Positions 53,558-64,000 of a stretch of DNA of 64,000 bases are shown here, one piece after another (within the stretch, counting starts at the first letter, position 1; every line of letters begins with the position of its first letter). Both the position numbers and the translations under genes were made by a program. Below the pieces are notes generated by a model. The model did no database searches. It was not told where the DNA came from and worked only from the letters and a program-made list of their open reading frames with translations. The DNA is taken from the NCBI GenBank assembly GCA_002633005.1, contig NMRA01000656.1:161031-225030 (forward strand), read 5' to 3'. The DNA comes from Phoronis australis. Its lineage: Eukaryota; Animalia; Phoronida.

Positions 53558-54952
53558 CTATTACAATACATGCTAAGAGTTTTTCAACATTTTGGGTGTT
53601 AAAATCACGTTATTGTATTTTGTGGAAAGAAGTGATACTTGGTTTCTGAGTATTTGTTAAACGTTTAGTACCCACTAGCAGGTGTGTTTTCTAAAAACAA
53701 CTCGTATTTGCGTACCTAAGTGAGTGTGTGTTTGCGTTTGCATAAGGTATTGCTGTTTTCGATTGCTTCTATAACAATTCATTTGTGCAATACCTTTTTG
53801 TTAATTCGACAATGAATATCATCTGTAGTATTTACCTAAACCCGTGAAATAAATTTTTAAAAAAGACGTTTAATTTCCTTGTGAAAAAATCCTACCAAAT
53901 ACTTTGTGTTGCTGAAAGCGTGCATTGTACTTCCCAATTGTCCCGCTCTTGGCGGACTATCACCCTCTTTGATTTTTCATGCCATCCTGCCACAACATCA
54001 AAATGTCCCTCCTTTTGACACACGGCGACACTGACATATTATTACATACTTCCGTAATTTCCCACGCGACATAGCACTATTTTCTTGTTCAACTAAAAAA
54101 CGGGACGTTTCATGAGTGTTTGAGGCACCCGCAATTGCGCATTCGAAATAAAAATAGTAATAAAAACGTAGGCGGGCGCTTTAGAGTGTAACGTCTCCCA
54201 TTCGACAAAAACGCTGTCGGGACGTTATTGTGTGTTGAGGCGAGCATTTCACCCTTGCGTTTTGGCATAGACCCAGATGTCTCGCTTTTTATACGGAATT
54301 CCCGCTTTTCAATCCAATTGTCCCGTTTTTTCATTCTCGAACTGAACAGGTGTTCATTTGTCTCTTTGTCATGACTATTGTTATTTTCCAGAGTCCACTT
54401 TCTTTAGTAACATAACAATTGTAAAAATATGTTTCAATGTCTCGTGTTTACGGTAACGCACACTGCATCACCAATTTTTGCTTTCTGAAGAAATAATTTC
54501 ATTTACAAACTACTATGGAATGTCCTGCACAGCAACCTATCTAATGATCTATCCAAAATACATTTCAAACCTACACAATAATGTTTGCTCATTTTTCACG
54601 TATCAGAAATCCATCTGCAAATTTCGGATAGGTAGTTGGAGTAATTAGTTTTTCACAATTTGTAAATGTCATTGCATTTTGAACTTTTACTGAACAATTG
54701 TATCAAACATTACCAAAGGTCTAATAAATATATAAAGATGTATAATTTTGGATGAATGTCTGCCTAAATTCTTCACAGTAAGTGTGAGTGAGCCATATTC
54801 TAAAATCTTTGTCTTGATAGGGTAGGAATCTTTTGAATCATTGAAATCATTTCCCTGCTGGTTTGTATGGTCATTTGTATAACTTCTCTGGTTCATATCC
54901 TGCACTTTGTTATTTTTCGTATTTTGGTAACACTCTTGATTTTTAGAATTAA

Positions 54953-55829
54953 AGTGTACACAACATGACTCTAGTACCTCAAAATAAATTTTATTATTAT
55001 ATCTTACTTGATTTCAGTGCCTTTATTGCACAGCTCATAAAGAAACACGCAAAAATTGAAAAAAATAATAATTATGCGTCGAGAAGGTTCGTAGAGGGAT
55101 CAAAAGATGTGTTTCCGGAGACTGCAGCAACAGCTGCCAGGCGGAGAACGTCTCGGTGTTCCGCAGGACACCAAAGTTGCGCAGAAGTGGCATCGCTTCG
55201 TACGCCGAACGAGAGTGTGTGACCTCATCGTGGACCAAGCGATTCGGTCCGGGGCCACTCTGTGTTCTCAGTGCCCACTTTGAGGACTCGTGTTTGGACT
55301 CCAGTCACAGGAGATGTTACGACGAAGGCCTGGTTCAATAAAGGACAATATTTATTATTCAGAAACATCGGCTCTTAATTCAGGATCGTCTGTTGGATGA
55401 CTGGGTTGACTCGCCGAGCCCGAGGCCGCTTCTCTCGCGGGAGGATCCAGTTCGTAAGGCTCAAAGTAGAAAAGTACGCAGCCGGAAGCATATCAAACTT
55501 GTTCTCCTTTTCGTGCAACCCCAATTCCTCATTCTGGCCACCATTCCCGTACGTTTCTTCATAGTATTCATTCAATTCTTGCTCATAATCGTCGTCGCTT
55601 TCAAATTCACTGCACTCTCCACCATTGTTCAGTGTTAGTCGCTGATCTCTTGTGTTCAACCCATGACGTCACATGGCGGGAAATGTGAAAATTGGCAAAA
55701 TTGAAAGAAAAATTAAAATTTCGAGCTAATTACACAAAATAAACATGGGTTTAGCTAAACTTTACGTCACACATTTAGTCTGTGGCCACCGGTAATTCAA
55801 AATGTGCAAAAATCCATGGTGTGTACTGT
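54953..55829. mobile_element. Kolobok-like non-autonomous element with convergent THAP and acidic second-ORF remnants
   Basis: TTAA|AGTGTACACAACATG ... CATGGTGTGTACTGT|TTAA. The plus strand (~55100-55310) gives KRCVSGDCSNS...VF/QDTKVAQKWHRFV...LSAHFEDSC, a frameshifted THAP. The minus strand (~55375-55660) gives SEFESDDDYEQE...FEPYELDP, KolX-like by inference. Confidence 0.7.
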
Positions 55830-56386
55830 TTAAAACATATTTTTAAACATGTATGGTATGTAAAATGATGATTATTTATGAATTAGATTATCATCCTTTG
55901 CGTCTGCTATAATTATGCATCATCAAGAACTGACGAAATACTTTCTAATGATATGCTACTTATGCAGTTCTGTTGAAAAACAGCGGAGTTGCGCAAAGTT
56001 TTATTTTCAGTAAACTCCATAGGAATAACCTGCACCTGAACAAACGAGTGCAAACAAATGCCACGCATGCGCAGCAGCGTAACTTCAGTATCGCGAGATC
56101 AAAGTTGGCATTCCAGGGTTAGAGTTCTACACGTAATGGACGAAGCATGGGCGTCGCCCGTGCGAAGCCGTCGTTTGTAAACAAATGAGATGTCCTACGC
56201 TTAACAAATGTGTTATTACATTAGTTTCATACGTTCACGAATGAACCGAATTTTGAGGTTTTGATACCTGCATGTTATGTTCCGTGACAAGTAGACTGGT
56301 GAAGTAGAAACGTAATAGCGTTACAACGGTCGTGGGATCTGTTTCAGTAAAATTTAATTAAGTTTACCGCGCACGGTACAACCAGG

Positions 56387-56609
56387 TGAAAATAACTTCC
56401 AGCAGGATTAAAATAATTTTCACTTTGGTTGAAATAATTTCCACCCGTGTGAAAATAATTTCCATCTACGTTGAAATAATTTCCACCCGGGTGAAAATAA
56501 TTTCCACCTATGTTGAAATAATTTCCCACCCGTGAGAAATAATTTCCACCTAGGTTGAAATAATTTCCACCCTGGTGAAAATAATTTCCACCCGGGTGAA
56601 AATAATTTC
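56387..56609. repeat. 21-bp minisatellite (TGAAAATAATTTCCACCCGGG), about 11 units
   Basis: Directly visible; the units partly alternate GTTGAAAT/GTGAAAAT, giving a 42-bp higher-order pattern. Confidence 0.9.
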
Positions 56610-57971
56610 AGTGCGCGGGAAAATATAAACACAACGGCAACAAACGCCTTCCATCTTGGACCACAAACTTTCAATGTTAACGAAAACAGAAAGATGGTTG
56701 TTTTTACCACGTTCGGACACTTACATTGCACAACGAATTACAGAAAGCGAACTAAGGAAACTGTTCGCGGGGTATAAAACCACGGGGTAGACTTCACCGC
56801 GATGTCAGTCAAAAAACGCCCGGTAGCACACGATAGAGCAAATTGAGCCCAACTGCAACTGAAACAAATCTACTCTACTAAGCTAGGTGTCGCAAAATAT
56901 CCTTTCTTTTGTAGTATCTCATGTTAAGTATATTAACAATTAAATTTATGGAGAACTTAGGCCCACGTACAGGATGACATTACAGGGTCTTATTCGGCTG
57001 AAACGTGACCTTGACTTGTGAATTCTGATACTCATGCAGCAGACCATCAGTGGCCACAGTCAAAACTTAACGGTGCTTGATCAGCTGAAGACGGTGTTTC
57101 GTCTTCGCCGAGTTGTCTACCAGCACACCCCGAATCCGGTGCTGCTACACTTGAAATGCAATGCAAGAAGGTGTGCAACTGCAGTACCTAATTACTTCAA
57201 TCGATCTTTAATCCTTAATCTTTGAACGACCGGCACAAACAGTTGGAATTGCGGATACACCGCTGTGTGTCACAGTTTGTTTTTTCAACAGGACACTTCA
57301 TGATGGCGTGGCTCCATGCGGGTCCAGTTTCAGGGATTTACATGTACCAACGGGAACAAATCGATTTTTGTTGTTGTTGTAGTAAGTACGCTGGAGCTGC
57401 TACTTTTGCTTTGCCCTTGAGAGACGTCGCAGCGTCAACTATGGTGGGCGTGGCCTCGCTGCGTTTGTAAAGGTTTCTTTAATTCGGCCATGCATGAATA
57501 GACATATTTTTGAAATGCCTGGCTCGGCACAGAAAAAAAGGTATAACGTTCATAACAATGCGCATAATGTGATTGTGCCACTTCATTAAAATGCGATTTT
57601 AACGGAGAACTACAAAACTGAAATATGCCGGATGCATAAAAAAACGCGGTACGGATAGGATGTTACGTACGTAAGCAGTTATTGCCGGTCTTGTGACTCT
57701 TAGAAGATGGCAGACAGCGGGTTCACCAGAGGTCAGTTAGTCATTGGAGATTTTTAGACTTTCCTTAGCTCATAAATACCGCGACAGAAGTAACATACGT
57801 TTCAGTCCCTGGCAGATTCCGTACGTTTTTTGGCGTCAAAATCATCGATAACTGCTTGAAAGTTTTTAAATGTCGACAATTAGCCATCCCCGCGTACTTA
57901 GTGACAGGTTCCGAACTTTTCTAAAACAGATTCAGAATTGGCTAGATATCAAAAGCGAACCAGATACGTAC

Positions 57972-58262
57972 AGGCAACTTTCAGCTTGTATTTTTCGATC
58001 AGTTGGTTGCTGATGTCATCGAAGCACACCAACGCGCGGTCGTTAAACTCTTGCCTTACTACAAATTCAATTGACAGGGGACTAAATCCTTCCTTCCTGT
58101 TGACAAGACCTGGCAAGGATTGAAAAGCAACAGCCCTGGACACCTCCGTTTTACATGTACAGGTCACGCGGTCTTTGTTCTTCAGGTACCCGTCCTTCTC
58201 TGATTCGCAATTCAGGGCCACATTCGGGGTCGTGGGCGTGTCCAGGGCAATCTGTGGGATCT
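57972..58262 (-). CDS. IgSF exon, short atypical Ig-like domain
   Basis: Acceptor GTCAAATTGCAG|AG and donor GCCT|GTACGT; 291 nt, phase 1-1. Reads VALNC...DRVTCTC...QEFNDRALVC...YKLKVA. It splices in frame to 50387 to give KVA-F-GPT, a typical inter-domain linker. Confidence 0.75.
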
Positions 58263-59474
58263 CTGCAATTTGACAGGACAGTTTTACACCCATGGGCGTT
58301 CATTTGGTGTTACAACTTCTGGTGTCAAGTGTCCAGTTATTGAGGCGTTTATTCGGAAAATTTCCTCTTAAAAGCTCACTCAGCGTCAACTTTTAGCCAC
58401 AAATTCAGAACAAAGTGTTGGCGAATTATGTATTGATGAACTTAAAAATTAAAAAGCACAGTACGTTTTATTACCAAAAGAAATCGCTGATGTTTTACGA
58501 ATTTCAGGGGAATTTTTATCTGACTTTGATACTCGCAGTGGCGACTTCGTGGCTACTTGGAATTTTCCCAGGTCGCCAAACACAACCTGAGGTCGCATTG
58601 GCGACCTAGAGGAGTATTGATTTTTCCATTTCAAATTGAAAACAGAATTATGAATTTTGAGTGAATATTCCATGTTTCCAAATTCAGTTTCATTTTCAGT
58701 GAAAATTAAACTGAAAACAATCATACGGACCCGAATGTATCAATGTTCTGACTTTCAATTTTCTTTTTGAAAATATAATTTTTAAAGATGGAGTATTGAA
58801 TGAATTTCATTTTCAGTTTTAAAAAACTGAAAATAAAATTTTGAAGGTGCTTGTGCCTTCTGAAAGGCGATTTTTTGGGTGAGGGTAAAATTTTACCCCC
58901 CCCCCCGTTGACAGCCCTAATAGGCTCTGCCTAAAGTACCCAACACTAATATTTTGTGTGTAAGTTACAGGTGAGTTAAACCTAGAAGGGATTTCTTAAT
59001 CACTTGAGTCGAATTATTGGCCTCATGAAGGGAATTTCGCCTTATTTTTAAATATTCTCGAGAGGGCAATAAGCCAGGCCGATATTCGGCTCCAACATCG
59101 AGGGGATTGAGGGCCGTGCTCATACACATATTACGCCAACGTGGAATTTCAAGACCATCGGCGAGCTTAAGGAAATTTTACAGCAAGACAACTATAAAAC
59201 ATATCCATTTTTAGAGATAGTCATTCCGCTTCACGTAAGTAAAAACCATGAAACGAAATTTAACGCAAACCAATTAATGTCGCATTTACTTCGAAATGAC
59301 ATGCTTTCAAACAATAACGGAATTTAGGGTAGAAAGAGTTCAGTGAATTTTTAGTGGTGGCCACAACTGAACGACGCTGAATTTTCATTCAGGCTCTGAT
59401 TTTCGAAGTTTTTTTATTTCAATTGTGAAGTCAAAAGAACGAGTATCTTTAACTTGTACAAAGACAATGATTAC

Positions 59475-59873
59475 GTCTGTTTCCGTTCCACTTGATTTGC
59501 AGACGATACGAAACCGTCCGATTTAGCTTTCCGTTCCTCACCATACATTCCAGCCAGGTTCCGTCCAGTTCGTGGCTGTTATATACTACTTTCAACGTCC
59601 GCATGCAAATCACACCCGCCCACAATATCTTATGTGTCTCCAACTTCTCGTAGTTCGTGGGAATTGCCGATCGTGCGTCTGGTACGTTGTGCCTCCACTC
59701 GGCGGAGCACGTTTTCACCACGTGGTCAGTAATACATTTTAGAGTCTGTATGGGCTTGTCACGTGAGAAGCGGATTATGCGCATCCTGGACTGTTCAGAG
59801 AACCCCGTCCCAAACAATTCGAAAGGGTAGTACTCTCTAAATTGTCTGAACACATGAAGTTTGGTTGGCCCAA
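59475..59873 (-). CDS. IgSF exon, C2-set-like Ig domain
   Basis: Acceptor TTTCTTTCTATGTAG|TT and probable donor AGAC|GTAATC; 399 nt, phase 1-1. Reads GPTKLHV...TLKCITD...AEWRH...ELDGTWLECMVRN...YRLQIK, with the same xGPT start as the exon at 50387. Confidence 0.75.
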
Positions 59874-60145
59874 CTACATAGAAAGAAAACCGGAAATTAA
59901 CATCATGGTATGAGGGAAACGGCTAAGTGACGTAACTGGATCGAACATGAACTTCCAAAACCAACCATGCAACATAGGTGACAGTATTGTATCGACAAAC
60001 AATGCCAACGTTAATCTCCAAATAATACAGAGGAGGACCTATATCATCTTATCGAGGTACTATGGCCATGAACAAAAAACAGTTAGCCTATACCGTTTAA
60101 GCCGGGGTACTGTGACCGCCTTGAAAACTGTGATCGTGCCCTTAA

Positions 60146-62543
60146 AGTCCTTGTTGCAAACTGCCCATGTGTTTCTAGTATCCGAAAATACTTACTACAT
60201 AAAATCTTATTTTCGACACCCTTTCTTTACATTCTTTTCGCCTTTCATGCCAAAAGCGATTTTTCAACCTTATTTGACCCTTTTCTCTGAGCGTATGATT
60301 ACCGGTTGTCATCGGTTATTTCCGTAGCCACATTTCCGGCTCATCAGTTCAGGAACTTGTCCTGAACGCCGCCATGTTTTCCTTGTAACTGAATGTGCTA
60401 TGGCTTGCTCGAAAAGTTTTCATTATTTTGTTTTATTAGTAATATATCGTGATTCGTTTGCATATGTAGTGTTTTTATAGTTTGTAGTTTGTGGTCGTTT
60501 ATTTTTTTTGGAATGTTACGCGTACTTAGTATGTTAAAATAGCATTGGTGTTTAGTTCCTTACGTAGGCCGGTCGAACCTAGGAACCAATATGGGTCGAA
60601 CCTATTTTTTTCAGTTTTATTTTTTTCCTCGTTTTGAAAAAGTACTTTGCTATCCTCGAAAAGGTAGTACATTCTACTCAGTAAAAATCGAAAAAGTATC
60701 AAAATCGGGGCAAGCACTGTAAAGTTACTGCAAGTTTTGTGGCGAAATTTGGGTCACTTTGTTTGGATCGCGTCGGCCATATTGGAGGACAGCGGGATGA
60801 GTTACGAGTTTAAAACTTTGTGTAAATTGTTTTCGCCAACAAATTACGGTGAAATTTAGTTAGACATAACTTTACTTACTATTCTGCACGATTTAGNNNN
60901 NNNNNNNNNNNNNNNNNNNNNNNNNNNNNNNNNNNNNNNNNNNNNNNNNNNNNNNNNNNNNNNNNNNNNNNNNNNNNNNNNNNNNNNNNNNNNNNNNNNN
61001 NNNNNNNNNNNNNNNNNNNNNNNNNNNNNNNNNNNNNNNNNNNNNNNNNNNNNNNNNNNNNNNNNNNNNNNNNNNNNNNNNNNNNNNNNNNNNNNNNNNN
61101 NNNNNNNNNNNNNNNNNNNNNNNNNNNNNNNNNNNNNNNNNNNNNNNNNNNNNNNNNNNNNNNNNNNNNNNNNNNNNNNNNNNNNNNNNNNNNNNNNNNN
61201 NNNNNNNNNNNNNNNNNNNNNNNNNNNNNNNNNNNNNNNNNNNNNNNNNNNNNNNNNNNNNNNNNNNNNNNNNNNNNNNNNNNNNNNNNNNNNNNNNNNN
61301 NNNNNNNNNNNNNNNNNNNNNNNNNNNNNNNNNNNNNNNNNNNNNNNNNNNNNNNNNNNNNNNNNNNNNNNNNNNNNNNNNNNNNNNNNNNNNNNNNNNN
61401 NNNNNNNNNNNNNNNNNNNNNNNNNNNNNNNNNNNNNNNNNNNNNNNNNNNNNNNNNNNNNNNNNNNNNNNNNNNNNNNNNNNNNNNNNNNNNNNNNNNN
61501 NNNNNNNNNNNNNNNNNNNNNNNNNNNNNNNNNNNNNNNNNNNNNNNNNNNNNNNNNNNNNNNNNNAAAAAACACGAAATTGAACAAAGTTTCTTTTTTG
61601 TAGCAACGTTTGTCAAAGTGTATCAACGTTAAATCTTCACAAATTACAAAGTAGCCGATTGAACATGCCTTTCAGTTCAGCAAAAGTCGACATTGTAGGT
61701 ACCGCCAGAAATGAGACGAAGTCCAACGGGAATTGTGAGCACATTTATCACTTAATGAGTAACAACTGCGAGGCTGAAATTTGGTGAACACTGCTAAATC
61801 GTGCAGAATAGTAAGAAAAGATATGTCTAACTAGATTTCACCGTAATTTGTTGGCGAAAACAATTTACACAAAGTTTTAAACTCGTAACTCATCCCGCTG
61901 TCCTCCAATATGGCCGACGCGATCCAAACAAAGTGACCCAAATTTCGCCACAAAACTTGCAATAACTTTACAGTGCTTGCCCCGATTTTGATATTTTTTC
62001 GATTTTTACTGAGTAGAATGTACTACCTTTCCGATGATAGCAAAGTACTTTTTCAAAACGAGGAAAAAAATAAAACCGAAAAAAAATTGGTTCGACCCAT
62101 ATTGGTTCCTAGGTTCGACCCGCCTACGTAAGGAACTAAACACCAATGCTATTTTAACATACTAAGTACGCGTAACATTCCAAAACAAATCAACGACCAC
62201 TAACTACAAACTATAAATACACTACATATGCAAACGAATCACGATATATTACTAATAAAACAAAATAATGAAGACTTTTCGAGCAAGCCATAGCAAATTC
62301 AGTTATAAGGAAAAATGGCGGCGTTCAGGACAAGTTCCTGAACTGATGAGCCGGAAATGTGGCTACGGAAATAACCGATGACAACCGGTAATCATACGCT
62401 CAGAGAGAAGGGTCAAATACTGTTAAAAATCGCTTTTGGCAAGAAAGGCGAAAAGAATATAAAGAAAGGGTGTCGAAAATAAGAATTTATGTAGTAAGTA
62501 TTTTCGGATACTGGAACCACATGGTCAGTTTGCAAGAAGGACT
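60146..62543. mobile_element. Foldback-type TTAA-flanked element (Kolobok-like ends) with >=750-bp inverted arms
   Basis: TTAA|AGTCCTT...AAGGACT|TTAA. 60146-60896 is the reverse complement of 61794-62543 with scattered substitutions. The centre contains the N gap. Confidence 0.9.
60897..61566. other. Assembly gap (670 N)
   Basis: Run of N. Confidence 1.
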
Positions 62544-62933
62544 TTAAGACCTTCTAAATCCGATGACAAAAACGCGTAACGTCGTAATAGCCAGAACGAA
62601 CTTGTTACTCATTCACAAATTTTCTATTTCCAAGACTTAGTCTAATTAAATTTAATTGGATAAGTGGCGGTGGGAATTTCCATGCCCACCCTATTAAGCG
62701 TTCATTGCTTTTGTCCTTACTTCAATACTTTTACTCTATTCGTAATTATTTCCTTTTCTGTTGTTAGATAAGAATGTTAAGTATGAACTGTATGAATTTG
62801 TCACGTGTTAACTACACAGATAATAATTCCAATTGTCCGGGTACGAGTCTGGAGAACAAAAGTACTTCACTTCTTTTCGCCTGTTGGCTCGATTAAGAAA
62901 ACGTCCCCGAACTGTGCACTTACGTAGTTGTGA

Positions 62934-63610
62934 TATCAGATTATCATTGAACTGTGCCGTCTGACTGCTGGTGAAGTTGAGGTCAATCCAGGACCAGGCA
63001 CTCAGGGTTTAGCCAGCTTCAAGGTCTTATTCACTAACATCAACAGTATGAAGGAGAACAATCTTTCACTAAAGGTTTGAACCTCTAAATTCATTTATTA
63101 TGGACAGTAATTACATGGTTACAGCCACAATGTGAATCCGGAGCACTGTCCGAAGACGACCTCAGTACACTTATTATTCCAGGATACAACATTGCATATC
63201 ACACTAACGCCGGTCCGAGAGGGTTGGTATTGTTCGTCCACAACTCCGTTAACTACAAAATTATTGATAAAATTATACAACCTATGAACAACTGTTGGAT
63301 TGAACTTTATGTCAACCACAAGAAGATATGTTATGTTTTTCTATCGCTCACTCTCACAGACGTCCCATGAAAGGAAGGCATATTTCAAGACCTTTTGGGA
63401 ACAATTGCAAGAACTCTCACATTAAAACAATTGTTATCATCTGGGATTTCAACGCAAGAACTAGTACTTGCTACTCAGATGACAATGACAACCAAGCTGG
63501 TCTCGAATTATTCGATATTCTCCTCTCAAATGAGTATATACAACTAATAAATGAGCCGTCGCGTTTAATAGAGTATTCACATTCTTGCCCTGATTAATGT
63601 ATTACAAACA
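62934..63610 (+). pseudogene. Decayed non-LTR retrotransposon ORF2 start: 2A-like peptide plus apurinic-like endonuclease (L2/CR1-group-like)
   Basis: IIIELCRLTAGEVEVNPGP followed by FKVLFTNINSM. Later frameshifted APE-type motifs are GLVLFVHN, FYRS, IVIIWDFNAR (GDFN-like) and QLINEPSR...PD.CITN. Confidence 0.75.
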
Positions 63611-63647
63611 ATCTCGCCGCTGTTCAGTTCCGACTGTCATTATATAG

Positions 63648-63742
63648 CTTCTCCCACAACAAGACTCGAGCAGTGCCTCCACGCGGCAACACATGGACTG
63701 GGTTTACTCAGACTAAACTGTGCGGGATCGGGTTGGGGAAGG
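63648..63742 (+). ncRNA. HDV-like self-cleaving ribozyme core (P1 5' strand absent or imperfect)
   Basis: Elements in order: P2 CTCGAGCAGT, P3 GCC, L3 TCCACGC, P3' GGC, P1' AACACAT, GG (P1.1), A, P4 CTGGGT-TT-ACTCAG, A-C-TAA (catalytic C at 63713), P2' ACTGTGCGGG. P2 can be extended by CTTCTCCC...GGGGAAG. Confidence 0.65.
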
Positions 63743-64000
63743 GGTTTTTCTGTCTTTAGCAGCCGCTGTTGTTTCAAACGATATGAGATGCCGAAATGTT
63801 GGAAGCATTCTCTGTTCTCGGGTGATTGATCAGTGGCTCTAGAGTGGGAGGCCTCTCTAACCCAATCATCCCCCTTTGGGGCGCCTGGTCAGGAGTATTT
63901 TGACTTTGACCTCTTCGGGTCCGTTTGATACCCCTTGTCTCCGGTCAGGTGACACGGGAACCCTTGAGAACTAATACCCTGGTTCTTGAGTCTTAAGCCA

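Noticed and set aside
54764-54898. Possible extra IgSF exon (..EYGSLTLTVKNL) with a GC donor
   Set aside because: The acceptor is phase 0, incompatible with the neighbouring phase-1 exons, and there are no Ig cysteines; more likely a decayed part of the duplication.
56344-56731. ORFs with GGNYFH/GGNYFN and WKLFSPG peptide repeats; also superficially CRISPR-like
   Set aside because: These are translations of a 21-bp minisatellite. There are no unique spacers or cas genes, no splice support, and the context is eukaryotic.
60856-61626. Three long ORFs in the track
   Set aside because: They consist of X translated from the N gap.
62322-62375. Hammerhead-like CTGATGAG...GAAA preceded by the hairpin GTTCAGGA-CAAGT-TCCTGAAC (mirrored at ~60320-60370)
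   Set aside because: Stem II does not close directly onto GAAA, and there is no stem III/NUH pairing; the hammerhead core cannot be built.
63905-63965. Second HDV-like motif ACC-TCTTCG-GGT-CCGTTT
   Set aside because: There is no GG for P1.1 and no C-N-A-A J4/2 after the following hairpin; treated as a simple hairpin.

Overview
AT-rich, intron- and transposon-rich animal genomic DNA. A marine invertebrate (possibly a deuterostome) is my inference from the repeat content; the species cannot be read from the sequence. Two minus-strand host genes are supported. (1) The 3' part of a type I membrane immunoglobulin-superfamily gene: three phase-1 Ig-like exons (59873-59475, 58262-57972, 50387-50034) and a TM/cytoplasmic last exon (48591-48242) carrying an ITIM-consensus SQYGFL. 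Two decayed duplicated Ig-like pseudo-exons lie in its introns. (2) A gene whose 3.17-kb first coding exon (45144-41974) encodes a 1057-aa Ser/Pro-rich, apparently disordered region, followed by a very long intron running toward the window start. The rest is mostly non-autonomous DNA transposons: several TTAA-flanked Kolobok-like elements with THAP remnants, a long foldback spanning the 670-N gap, and Harbinger-like and TA-flanked MITEs. There are also tandem repeats and a decayed 2A-like + AP-endonuclease LINE fragment. The most striking unannotated signal is a near-canonical HDV-like ribozyme core at 63665-63726 whose P1 5' strand is missing or imperfect. A TTAA MITE family also carries a tRNA-like cassette. 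Most short ORFs in the supplied track are spurious. All alignments and folds were done by eye.
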